Positions 18,896 through 27,036 of a stretch of DNA of 47,291 nucleotides are shown in pieces. The position numbers were made by a program, and so were the translations under genes. Position 1 is the first letter of the stretch. Each line of letters starts with the position of its first letter. Under the pieces are notes generated by a model. The model saw only the letters and a program-made list of their open reading frames with translations, made no database searches and was not told where the DNA came from. This DNA comes from a virus: positions 1 to 47,291 of IMG/VR virus record IMGVR_UViG_3300045988_141056; one strand, 5' to 3'.

Positions 18896-20378
18896 TCTTT
18901 TGCTCCTTTTTTAGCCTTAACTTTTCTAAATACTCTTTCTCTTCTTCTAAAAATACCTTCACAACATCAGAGAATGTATCGTCACGAAAATCAGCCCAGT
19001 ACATAATTTTATACATACCATTAGGCATCCTTTCCCTCTTCTCAATCTTCAAGATACCACTATTCAATTTCACATGACGGTACTTGGCTAAGCATGTAGT
19101 CCTCAGCCCTTTTACAGTCCAATACCTATTTACCTTTGCAGTAGTATTCCTAATCACTTCACCAAACTCAGCAGACGTGATAGCCCACATCAACAGCCTA
19201 TTAACTCTTGGATACCTTTTTGAAGGTGCAGAAAAGCCATAATTCTCAAACACGTAGTCACTCTGTAGCCTGTAGAGCTGCCCCAACATCACAGCTAGCG
19301 TAGAAAAGACCTTGCCATCAACCAGCATTAGATAATACGCCTCGCCTTTCGTGTTACCCAATTTATGAGCCCAAACATCACGATAATACAAAGCAACCTG
19401 TTCCTTCACAGGTACAAACATGATTTTGCTGTCCTCTCTTATTTCATCATTTGCACCAAACATCGGTGCTTTATACGGCACAAACTTCTTACGTCCAAAC
19501 GATTTAATCGAACGATTGCTCTCAAAATCGTCAAGCAGTTCTGGCTTAGTCATCAGCCAATAGTCCACCTTATTGACCTTATACTCTTTGGCATAGATAA
19601 CCTCTCTCGGGTCAAATCCATCTACACTACGGCTACGATACCAGATAAACGGTGTACTCAGCTCACGAGACTTCTCATAAATACCCTTGTATTCCTTGCT
19701 AAAATTGAACTCGGCAATCTGCGGGTCAAACTTGATACGTTCACCGAAGTCAAACATTTTTGTGTAACCTTTAGCGAATACTGGAGGGTTCACGACTACT
19801 AAATGACCTTCTGGCTTATCTTCAACGTCATCTCGCAGGTCTTTGATTTCATAATGAATACCCTTAAAGTACTTAACCATCTCTTGAATCTGACCCCTCA
19901 TCCTGTCAATGTGATAATCTTTACGCATTTTTAGGTCATCAAGCTGAGGTTTCATATAGTGGATTTTCTCCATCTGACAAACCTTCATAATCCACATCAA
20001 AAAAGCAGCTTTATCGATATCAGAATCGTACGTGTCATATTCTATCTTTAGGTTAGGCTCTAGCTCAAAGTCTATACAATCAATACCTACACCGCTAAAC
20101 AAATACCCCAGCAAAGAAGAAAACAGCGACACGTCGCTGGTATAAATATTCTCCCTGTCATACCCAGCTTCTATAGCACACCTAGCTAGCGTGAACTGCC
20201 CAACGGCGGGCAGATGAATTACTGGATGAGTCTTGACGAGATGCTTCAGCACTGCAACGAGGTAACGCCGCTGGTCTGCGGGCGTGTGTCCAAGGAAAAT
20301 TGACTCTGCTTTGCTGACTGCCATCTTCGCCTCCTTTTGTTCAAAATAATTTCTTGGCTGAGGGGGAAGGATTTGCAC
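18882..20378 (-). CDS. putative DNA N6-adenine methyltransferase-like protein (alpha-class motif order) with a long C-terminal extension
   Basis: A motif I-like segment (AVGQFTLARC, about aa 58) and an NPPV segment (HLVVVNPPVF, about aa 205) are spaced like FxGxG and DPPY in Dam-type enzymes. The match is weak. Confidence 0.35.
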   Translation of the reverse strand: MQILPPQPRNYFEQKEAKMAVSKAESIFLGHTPADQRRYLVAVLKHLVKTHPVIHLPAVGQFTLARCAIEAGYDRENIYTSDVSLFSSLLGYLFSGVGIDCIDFELEPNLKIEYDTYDSDIDKAAFLMWIMKVCQMEKIHYMKPQLDDLKMRKDYHIDRMRGQIQEMVKYFKGIHYEIKDLRDDVEDKPEGHLVVVNPPVFAKGYTKMFDFGERIKFDPQIAEFNFSKEYKGIYEKSRELSTPFIWYRSRSVDGFDPREVIYAKEYKVNKVDYWLMTKPELLDDFESNRSIKSFGRKKFVPYKAPMFGANDEIREDSKIMFVPVKEQVALYYRDVWAHKLGNTKGEAYYLMLVDGKVFSTLAVMLGQLYRLQSDYVFENYGFSAPSKRYPRVNRLLMWAITSAEFGEVIRNTTAKVNRYWTVKGLRTTCLAKYRHVKLNSGILKIEKRERMPNGMYKIMYWADFRDDTFSDVVKVFLEEEKEYLEKLRLKKEQKNGKN

Positions 20379-20472
20379 CCGCCATTGCCTGTTTCAGAAA
20401 CAGGTAGCCTACTATTAGCTGACCCCTCAATAGTAGCTGTGCTACGTTTTAATATTAGCACAGCTTTTTGAT

Positions 20473-21333
20473 TTAGTCTACAACTAAACCGTATTCAGCA
20501 CATTTTTCAAAACCGCCGTGATAGGTAACCCAATCACCAGCCTTGCTGATAACCTCATCAAACAGTACCGTCTTCTTTGAGCCATCCTCAAACACGAACG
20601 TAACAGCACAATCGCCGATTGCACACCTTGCTTTCACTGCCATATTTTTCTCTTGTGCAAGCATAAAGCAGTAGATGTTCACACTAACGTCTGCCTTGGT
20701 TAGGTCTTTGTTCCACATCGCACCACCGCCAAGCGGGCATTCAACTGAATAAAAATCACAAGCCAGCTTCCTGCCTGTTAGTCCAGTATCCACGTCGATA
20801 CCACCCGTCCATTCTCCAATCGGATTGACAAGCAGCTTGTAGCCTAGCTTTTGGCAAAAATCATCCAAGTCAGCTGTCTTAACATTAGACCAGGATACGA
20901 CTCCATCTCCGCCAGAAGTCAATACAAGCTTTCCATCAAATGGATATTTCTGGTAGATTTTCTGAGCTAACTGCTTAGCTTCCATGTGAGTTTTCGGCAT
21001 TGGATAACCAGCAAACAATCCCTGGTCTCCGCAATAACTGTGTTTCTGGGACTGATTTTTTGCAAGCTTCTCATCCTGCTTGTAGTAATCAAACTCAACC
21101 GACTTAATATCTGGGCAAATCCTTTGACAAATGAGAATAACCTCCATCTGCTTGATATCTTCACTCGTCTCAACAATCACATAAGCCTTGCCATGACCGA
21201 CCATAACCTCGGCTGCCATTGTTGCTTTATGATTCTTTGAATAAGCCAAATCCACTAACGCACCAGCAATCCTATCGGCGATACGGTCTGGATGAGATGG
21301 ACTAACTACTTCGCTATATTCAGTTTTGTTCAT
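20473..21333 (-). CDS. metK: S-adenosylmethionine synthetase (MetK-like, truncated 286 aa)
   Basis: Matches MetK signature blocks: SHPDRIADRIAGALVD (GHPDKIADQISD), CGDQGLFAGY (GAGDQGLMFGYA), GGIDVDTGLTGRKL (GGPMGDCGLTGRKI) and GGGAMWNKDLTKADVS (GGGAFSGKDPSKVDRS). Confidence 0.8.
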   Translation of the reverse strand: MNKTEYSEVVSPSHPDRIADRIAGALVDLAYSKNHKATMAAEVMVGHGKAYVIVETSEDIKQMEVILICQRICPDIKSVEFDYYKQDEKLAKNQSQKHSYCGDQGLFAGYPMPKTHMEAKQLAQKIYQKYPFDGKLVLTSGGDGVVSWSNVKTADLDDFCQKLGYKLLVNPIGEWTGGIDVDTGLTGRKLACDFYSVECPLGGGAMWNKDLTKADVSVNIYCFMLAQEKNMAVKARCAIGDCAVTFVFEDGSKKTVLFDEVISKAGDWVTYHGGFEKCAEYGLVVD

Positions 21334-21343
21334 TTTACACTCC

Positions 21344-21775
21344 CTATACTAATTTACTTTGCTGAGAGAACACAACAGGCTCTTTATCGTAGAGCAAATG
21401 CACAACCTTCAAACCTCGACTATCGAACTCTGGAGCTAGAACAGAGCTACGGTGACAATTCTTCGGGTCTTTTTCTGAGCAGCAAAGAGCCATAATTTCA
21501 CCTTCTTCTGCTCGTGCGGTGATTTCGTCGTATGTTTCTTCAACATCTACGTTACCCGCTAGACCACCCATATTCCTACCTCGGTGCTCATATTTTATCC
21601 CGTTAGCCTCAAGTACTGGCTTCATCTGGTTATGGTTGAACCACGGACACCATCGGCTGTACGGCTTTGTACGACAATCGATTAGAGTTTCTACACCCCC
21701 GCTTTTTAGCAGTTCGACAAACTCGTTGATAGTCTTGTTGCTGTGACCTATTGTAAATATTGTTGGTTCTGTCAT
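21344..21775 (-). CDS. DUF488-family protein
   Basis: The stretch TIFTIGHSNKTINEFVELLK ... LIDCR matches the conserved DUF488 (YeaO-like) N-terminus. Start at 21775 with a GGAGGCG RBS. Confidence 0.5.
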   Translation of the reverse strand: MTEPTIFTIGHSNKTINEFVELLKSGGVETLIDCRTKPYSRWCPWFNHNQMKPVLEANGIKYEHRGRNMGGLAGNVDVEETYDEITARAEEGEIMALCCSEKDPKNCHRSSVLAPEFDSRGLKVVHLLYDKEPVVFSQQSKLV

Positions 21776-21844
21776 TTTTTTCGCCTCCTTTAATCTTAAT
21801 GACTTATTTTTATTATAGCACATTCTCGCACATTTTAGAATATG

Positions 21845-22123
21845 CTAGAATGGGATTTCTGACAAATCAATCTCTTGGCTGGAATCAACAATCTCAGTAG
21901 ATTGACCATCTGTAGCTGCCTTCTCTTCAGCAAAATCTCGTGGTGGTAAAGCTGTCAACCAACCATCGAACTCTTTACCGATTGGCACTACATCCAGCTT
22001 GATACTAATTTTGTCTGGGTCTTCCTCATCAACAAGAACAGTTCCGACTCTGTTCCATCGAGTTTTTGGGTCATTCACGTCTCCGTATTTCTGTGCCCAA
22101 AGCAGATTCAATCTTTTTTTCAT
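21845..22123 (-). CDS. hypothetical protein
   Basis: 92-aa ORF with a GGAGGCG RBS, directly downstream of the inverted-repeat element. Confidence 0.45.
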   Translation of the reverse strand: MKKRLNLLWAQKYGDVNDPKTRWNRVGTVLVDEEDPDKISIKLDVVPIGKEFDGWLTALPPRDFAEEKAATDGQSTEIVDSSQEIDLSEIPF

Positions 22124-22150
22124 CTCGCCTCCTTGCGATTATTTTATATT

Positions 22151-22356
22151 CAACATGTGCGTACGGCTGCTGCTTATGGATAGATTCGCTCTCGTTGCTC
22201 AATATGGGAATAGCACTATCCGCATCACGACTCGACCACTACTTGAGTATTTGGTGCGCTAGACAAGTAACCCAGGTGCGCATAGTTACTTGAATCTTCC
22301 AAACACTCGTTGGCTACCATATTTTTAGCTCGGAGGCAGCAGCCGTACGCACATGT
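22151..22356. repeat. 22-bp perfect inverted repeat (aacatgtgcgtacggctgctgc / gcagcagccgtacgcacatgtt) enclosing 162 bp in a 5'UTR
   Basis: Exact reverse complements at 22151..22172 and 22335..22356. An inner inverted repeat caagtaac/gttacttg is also present. No ORF lies inside. Confidence 0.6.
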
Positions 22357-22364
22357 TTATGATT

Positions 22365-22547
22365 CTATCTTACACTCTTTCGGTTCTTTTTTCGCCTTCT
22401 CCTTTCATTTTTCTGCTTAGACTTTCTAATTGCTGGTGGCAATTTTCCCTTTCGATGACGACTAGTCATTCCAGCAAATAGGTCTACCTTCTTCTTAAAT
22501 TGGGCTTGATAGGCTTTTTCGGCATCTTCCACAGTGTTACTTGACAT
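22365..22547 (-). CDS. small highly basic protein (R/K-rich C-terminus)
   Basis: 60-aa ORF. Confidence 0.4.
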   Translation of the reverse strand: MSSNTVEDAEKAYQAQFKKKVDLFAGMTSRHRKGKLPPAIRKSKQKNERRRRKKNRKSVR

Positions 22548-22860
22548 TATCTAGCCTCTTGACCTTTCTGTACCACGGTGCATTCTGCTTGATGTCATCC
22601 AGACGTTTCGTAGCTTTATCTCGCTGCTCTTCTGATAACGTCGCAGGCAAGGCTTTGGTGGTCGGCTCACTCACGGTGTACTCGCCCCATTTCGCTCGTG
22701 TGATTAGAGCTATATAACGAGGGTCTACAAAATCTCTACCCGATTGATGATTAAGCCAAAACGGTTTGCCTTTTGCCTTCATCTGAGAAACCTTTTCGAC
22801 TTGAGTTTCATCGATAATGGCATAGCTCTTGTCAAAATACTGGACTTTGTAATACCTCAC
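22537..22860 (-). CDS. hypothetical protein
   Basis: 107-aa ORF. Confidence 0.45.
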   Translation of the reverse strand: MRYYKVQYFDKSYAIIDETQVEKVSQMKAKGKPFWLNHQSGRDFVDPRYIALITRAKWGEYTVSEPTTKALPATLSEEQRDKATKRLDDIKQNAPWYRKVKRLDNVK

Positions 22861-23414
22861 TGTTTTTTCTCCTTACAGACAGTCCAGTCTGCGTTGCACT
22901 CAATATTAGCTGGCGGATAGCAACCTTTCTCACCTGCCATTTCATAGAACGGACACTGACCAACTGTTCCAGCGTATGACTCTGGATTACCAGGAGTTAC
23001 AGGCTTATTCGTGAAGGGAATGTGACCGCCGTCCTTTTTAGGAGTCTCGGCTGGCTTTGGAGCTGGTGCTGGAGCAGGTGCAGGTACTACTGGTTGCGGT
23101 CGGACTGCTGCTCTCGGTTTTGATACGGGAGCAACACCACTACCATTATTAGTGACATCTTGAACGCCGTCAACGCCATCTGCGATATTGCTATTATCGG
23201 CTGAGGAGCTATCATCAGACTTAACTGACTTATCCTCGCTTTCTACCTTTTTAGGGGTTTCATTTTTTGACTTCGCTTCAGCAGCTCGGTTTGCTTCGAC
23301 TTGAGCGTTGGCTGCGATAGCCGTGTACACAAATACTGCAAAACTGATTACAGCAATCACGCTAAATGTTAGAATCAGTTTAGATTTCAAAAACTTTACT
23401 TTTTTCATACTCAT
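22857..23414 (-). CDS. exported/membrane-anchored protein with a Pro/Ala repeat and a C-terminal Cys-rich domain
   Basis: N-terminal signal or TM segment, a PAPAPAPAPKP tract, and four C-terminal Cys residues. Confidence 0.5.
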   Translation of the reverse strand: MSMKKVKFLKSKLILTFSVIAVISFAVFVYTAIAANAQVEANRAAEAKSKNETPKKVESEDKSVKSDDSSSADNSNIADGVDGVQDVTNNGSGVAPVSKPRAAVRPQPVVPAPAPAPAPKPAETPKKDGGHIPFTNKPVTPGNPESYAGTVGQCPFYEMAGEKGCYPPANIECNADWTVCKEKKQ

Positions 23415-23844
23415 CCTTTACTTGAGGTAGCAAATTGACCTCAAATTGCTTATTAAACTTTGTCGCACTCCTGATATTCCGTGACCAAAAGTCGCTTTCT
23501 TCAAAAACCCATTTCATCACAGCTTCAATAAGTGCATAGCTGTATCCTCGCTTATGGATACGCTGAATCTGGATTGCCCATTCTAGTGGTTTGTAGTTCC
23601 GCTCCAAGAACGGGTATTTTGCTGTTACGTAATTATTTAATTTCTCTGCTAGGTCTTCTGCCTCCAAATCACAATCACGATTAGTTTTTACAATCACAAC
23701 CTCTTGCTGAGCTTGCTCCATCAAATTGAAAATCTCATCTATGGCATCTTTAGCCCCCACACTAACCTTATCACAAACATATTTTGCTTGGTCGGCGTTC
23801 AAGTTATTGCGAAGAATCTTATATAACTTTTTCTGCAAAATCAT
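23380..23844 (-). CDS. hypothetical protein
   Basis: 154-aa ORF. Confidence 0.45.
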   Translation of the reverse strand: MILQKKLYKILRNNLNADQAKYVCDKVSVGAKDAIDEIFNLMEQAQQEVVIVKTNRDCDLEAEDLAEKLNNYVTAKYPFLERNYKPLEWAIQIQRIHKRGYSYALIEAVMKWVFEESDFWSRNIRSATKFNKQFEVNLLPQVKDEYEKSKVFEI

Positions 23845-24146
23845 AAATACGGCACTCCACTAAAACCAAGGGCTAACAATGCTTCATTAAACTCATACCG
23901 ATTGCCTTCAATATTTCGCAGATAGTCCATCAGGCTTTCAACAGAGGACTCAACTTCACCCATCAACTCACACCTGCAACCAGCGTCAATCTTAACGTCA
24001 AGCGAATCACCATCAACACAGATTAGATAACTCTTCTCATAATCACACTTCTCGCACTTAGCTATGGGGAGAGTAGCCAACTGGATACCCTTCCGACGCA
24101 TAGCTATGACGATAAGTTCTTCAGCCACATCGATAGCGTTTATCAT
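23841..24146 (-). CDS. hypothetical protein
   Basis: 101-aa ORF. Confidence 0.45.
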   Translation of the reverse strand: MINAIDVAEELIVIAMRRKGIQLATLPIAKCEKCDYEKSYLICVDGDSLDVKIDAGCRCELMGEVESSVESLMDYLRNIEGNRYEFNEALLALGFSGVPYL

Positions 24147-24406
24147 TATTCGTCGTCCCCCTCTTCAAGTACTCGTTGAAAAGTTAATTCCTCTGCCTCA
24201 GCCATACTGCTTTTCTCTGGATAACTACGTGGAATAAAATAACCTTGGTATAAAAGCCTCATACTGTTAGTGAAGTCGTCATAAACAACTGTACATTCAT
24301 CAAGATGCTCGTAAGCAAACTCTTTGAACTTTTCTTCAACATTGTTGTATGCAATCTTTCTGAGATATGGCTTGAAGCTGTCAATGTTTGATATATTTCC
24401 AATCAT
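24146..24406 (-). CDS. hypothetical protein (first gene after promoter P6)
   Basis: 86-aa ORF carrying the conserved leader and RBS. Confidence 0.5.
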   Translation of the reverse strand: MIGNISNIDSFKPYLRKIAYNNVEEKFKEFAYEHLDECTVVYDDFTNSMRLLYQGYFIPRSYPEKSSMAEAEELTFQRVLEEGDDE

Positions 24407-24454
24407 GGGTTCGCCTCCTTTGATTGATTTAATTTGATATTATTAGTATAGCAA

Positions 24455-24483
24455 AGTCTGCGAGAATATGCAAGAGTTTACTA
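24455..24483 (-). promoter_or_regulatory. sigma-70-like promoter P6 (TTGCAT, 17 nt spacer, TATACT) with the conserved 5'UTR cassette
   Basis: -10 at 24455..24460 and -35 at 24478..24483, both on the minus strand. The conserved AAACTCTTG lies upstream and the leader AATAATATCAAATTAAATCAATCAAAGGAGGCGAACCCATG downstream. Confidence 0.6.
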
Positions 24484-24494
24484 GAAGATTATCT

Positions 24495-24821
24495 CTATTT
24501 TTTCAAACTTTCGTACTCAATATCAGTATCTCTACCGACATCGTAAACTTCTTTTTCTTTGGCTTTGATAAAATCGTACATATCTGACAAATTATTTTTT
24601 GGGTCTTGACCCATAAACTCAAAACAATCATTCAAAGCCTCGACCTGGGCTTTCTTTAGCATTCTCATCAAGGCAATTGTAGCTCTCTTAATTCTTTTAT
24701 CCGTATAACTTTCAAAAAGCCTGATGTCTATAGCTTCTTTCATGAACAAAAAATAATCATTACGTGTTCGCTCATCAAAACCTTCTAATAGCTTCATGAT
24801 ATCGTAAACATTACTCTTCAT
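24495..24821 (-). CDS. hypothetical protein
   Basis: 108-aa ORF. Confidence 0.45.
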   Translation of the reverse strand: MKSNVYDIMKLLEGFDERTRNDYFLFMKEAIDIRLFESYTDKRIKRATIALMRMLKKAQVEALNDCFEFMGQDPKNNLSDMYDFIKAKEKEVYDVGRDTDIEYESLKK

Positions 24822-24972
24822 TTTTCGTTGCCCCCATAATTTCTGCTAGCTGTTGTCGCAAAATCGTGTTAGTCACTTTTGCAACTGACATTTTACTCTG
24901 CTCGGCAATTTTAACAATAGAATCGTACACATCCTGGTCTATCCTAATCATTGTGGTTTTTCTTCTAGCCAT
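24811..24972 (-). CDS. ribbon-helix-helix (CopG/Arc-like) small DNA-binding protein
   Basis: 53-aa ORF absent from the track because it is under 60 aa. Sequence MARRKTTMIRIDQDVYDSIVKIAEQSKMSVAKVTNTILRQQLAEIMG has a beta-strand plus two helices. RBS AGGGAGCATCCATGG. Confidence 0.45.
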   Translation of the reverse strand: MARRKTTMIRIDQDVYDSIVKIAEQSKMSVAKVTNTILRQQLAEIMGATKNEE

Positions 24973-24990
24973 GGATGCTCCCTTCTACTA

Positions 24991-25254
24991 TCAAACACTG
25001 CGTTCATCTTTTAAGCCAAACAGTCCGCCAATCAACCAATAATCAGCGTTGTTCAGGCTGTCTCGTTTCTCAAGCCAGCCATGCTCTACTATCCAATCAC
25101 GCATTAGCTGCTTCTCCCACTCTGGCGACTTCAGATAATAATCTGAGTAGTGCCTATAGCAATAGAAAGCTCGGCGTAGTTTATCATGCTCAGTGATAGC
25201 ATCTTTCTTTGATATCTTCTTACTAATCCTTTGAAAAACTGATTTTCTATTCAT
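24991..25254 (-). CDS. hypothetical protein
   Basis: 87-aa ORF. Confidence 0.4.
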   Translation of the reverse strand: MNRKSVFQRISKKISKKDAITEHDKLRRAFYCYRHYSDYYLKSPEWEKQLMRDWIVEHGWLEKRDSLNNADYWLIGGLFGLKDERSV

Positions 25255-25598
25255 TACTTTTCTCCATTGGTTGGTTTTCCCAACTCTTCTACAAAATATT
25301 CATAAACCATTTTTGGAATATCTAGGAATCCGCCATCAGAAAAACACGCCATGTAAACAGTTTTCCTTGCGTCCTCCATCTCTTCCACTTCACCCGCAGA
25401 TAGCCTGAGTTGCTCTTTCTTTCGGCTAATGTACTCCCAGGTATATTTCGGTCTGCTTGCCTTAACAAAACTTACGGCATTCTTTTCTAGATACTCACCT
25501 AGCTTACAATAAATCGGGCTGTCTGTATCAGATTCAAACCTATAGGTAGTGTTCAATGACTTTTCAAGCCGTGCTCGATTGGCTGCCGTCAAACTCAT
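25254..25598 (-). CDS. hypothetical protein
   Basis: 114-aa ORF. Confidence 0.4.
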   Translation of the reverse strand: MSLTAANRARLEKSLNTTYRFESDTDSPIYCKLGEYLEKNAVSFVKASRPKYTWEYISRKKEQLRLSAGEVEEMEDARKTVYMACFSDGGFLDIPKMVYEYFVEELGKPTNGEK

Positions 25599-25915
25599 TT
25601 TCTGACCTCTTGATATTCCCTAATTTCTCTTATGAATCGTCTGGTAACCGCACCAGCTGGCTGATTTATCACTTCAAAACCATCAACTGGCTCAGCGTCA
25701 ATGTATTTATCCAGAAACTCATTTAGCTTTTTAGCATTTCTAACGAGCAATCCGTGAGCTCTGTCAAATATACCACTATTTGGAAGGGTGTTTTTGTAAA
25801 CAAGTATATTCATCTGAATACCACTAGCAGCAAACTCGCTAGTTATTCGGATGAACGTTTTGTCTTTTGCTTCTTGATACGCCATTTTCGCCTCCTGTAT
25901 CTTAATGTTGTTCAA
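25595..25915 (-). CDS. hypothetical protein
   Basis: 106-aa ORF with a GGAGGCG RBS, the first gene after promoter P7. Confidence 0.45.
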   Translation of the reverse strand: MNNIKIQEAKMAYQEAKDKTFIRITSEFAASGIQMNILVYKNTLPNSGIFDRAHGLLVRNAKKLNEFLDKYIDAEPVDGFEVINQPAGAVTRRFIREIREYQEVRK

Positions 25916-25978
25916 GCTAAAGTGTTGACTGTCGCACCTTGTAATTTATTTGTGCCGTTTCTTATTTAACTTATCCTT

Positions 25979-26007
25979 ATTATAGCAAAGTGTATACACT
26001 TTTGCAA
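25979..26007 (-). promoter_or_regulatory. sigma-70-like promoter P7 (TTGCAA, 17 nt spacer, TATAAT) whose spacer and -35 are occupied by an 18-bp perfect palindrome
   Basis: -10 at 25979..25984 and -35 at 26002..26007. The palindrome CAAAGTGTATACACTTTG lies at 25986..26003. A second TTGCAA is at 26014..26019. Confidence 0.5.
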
Positions 26008-26034
26008 TAGTTTTTGCAATTTTACCTCTGTTTT

Positions 26035-26070
26035 TCATAAAAAATAAACTACACAAAATCGTGTAGTTTA
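26035..26070 (-). terminator. intrinsic terminator
   Basis: On the minus strand: UAAACUACAC-GAUUUU-GUGUAGUUUA (10-bp stem) followed by UUUUUUAU, 22 nt after the stop of 26092..26298. Confidence 0.55.
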
Positions 26071-26091
26071 CTTCACTAGCCAACAAATCAG

Positions 26092-26298
26092 CTACAATTC
26101 CTTACCCCATCTGTAGCACTTAGTAGCTCCCATCTCGCCGTTGAGAGACCTGCACATAGCTGCTGCATCCTGATACTCTCTTTCCTTCCTCATGCTACCA
26201 TCCACACAGAATGCCAGAATCATGCCACACGCTATAATTAACCAATAAATAATAGCTTTTACAGCAACACTGGTCTTTTTACTTGATAGATTGCTCAT
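26092..26298 (-). CDS. small membrane protein
   Basis: 68 aa with one TM segment. Confidence 0.45.
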   Translation of the reverse strand: MSNLSSKKTSVAVKAIIYWLIIACGMILAFCVDGSMRKEREYQDAAAMCRSLNGEMGATKCYRWGKEL

Positions 26299-26530
26299 TC
26301 TCGTCCTCCTTATTTTCTATAATTTTAATATCATCAATATTTATAAGCTCTACTCCAGCAGCTGCAGCTACTTGGAGATAGTCATCAGAGAAACAAACCT
26401 CATCAAGTTGCACTCTCTCAAGGAGAACATCAGTATACTCATCTGGAGAAGAAATCAATACAGCCCTTTTTGTCTCAGCGTTATCACCTGAGTAAATAAG
26501 TACTTTTGGATGATAATATCTACTTCTCAT
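26279..26530 (-). CDS. hypothetical protein
   Basis: 83-aa ORF. Confidence 0.4.
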   Translation of the reverse strand: MRSRYYHPKVLIYSGDNAETKRAVLISSPDEYTDVLLERVQLDEVCFSDDYLQVAAAAGVELINIDDIKIIENKEDENEQSIK

Positions 26531-26754
26531 AACACGTCCTTTGCGTCAATAACCTCTGCACCGTCAACCTCATCATCAAATACTTCTAATGCATCCCCAA
26601 CATCATAACCCCAAATCTCGTCGAAATCGATATTTGCGACATTTGGCTCATCTTGAATATATTTCTCAGCAGCTTCTTCTGCCTGTTTATAGCCATCGGC
26701 TTCAACAAAAATAATACCCACAACTGTCTGCCTAATTTCTACTTTATGAATCAT
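26527..26754 (-). CDS. hypothetical acidic protein
   Basis: 75-aa ORF. Confidence 0.4.
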   Translation of the reverse strand: MIHKVEIRQTVVGIIFVEADGYKQAEEAAEKYIQDEPNVANIDFDEIWGYDVGDALEVFDDEVDGAEVIDAKDVL

Positions 26755-26993
26755 TGCTCGCCCTCCTTATTATTTTTTACATCATCTACTAATTCCTGAT
26801 AATGCTCAAGTGCCTTTCTCGTAACATAATGGAAATGAAAACCTAGACCAAACAGAGCCACATCAAAACCCCAGTCTCCAGCGATTTTGTCTCGCTCCCA
26901 CGCAATAGTAATTAAATCAAACTCACTCCAATTCCATGAGCCTGTTTCAATCCACTGTCGCCATTGATTGAAAAATGTAATACTCATCAGCAC
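26751..26993 (-). CDS. hypothetical protein
   Basis: 80-aa ORF. Confidence 0.4.
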   Translation of the reverse strand: MLMSITFFNQWRQWIETGSWNWSEFDLITIAWERDKIAGDWGFDVALFGLGFHFHYVTRKALEHYQELVDDVKNNKEGEQ

Positions 26994-27036
26994 CTCCTTT
27001 TCTACATTCCATTGCTATAGCTTTTACTACTCATAT

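Noticed and set aside
20246-20461. 71-aa minus-strand ORF between the MetK-like and methyltransferase-like genes
   Set aside because: Overlaps the 5' end of the methyltransferase-like gene out of frame and crosses the intergenic hairpins. No ribosome-binding site.
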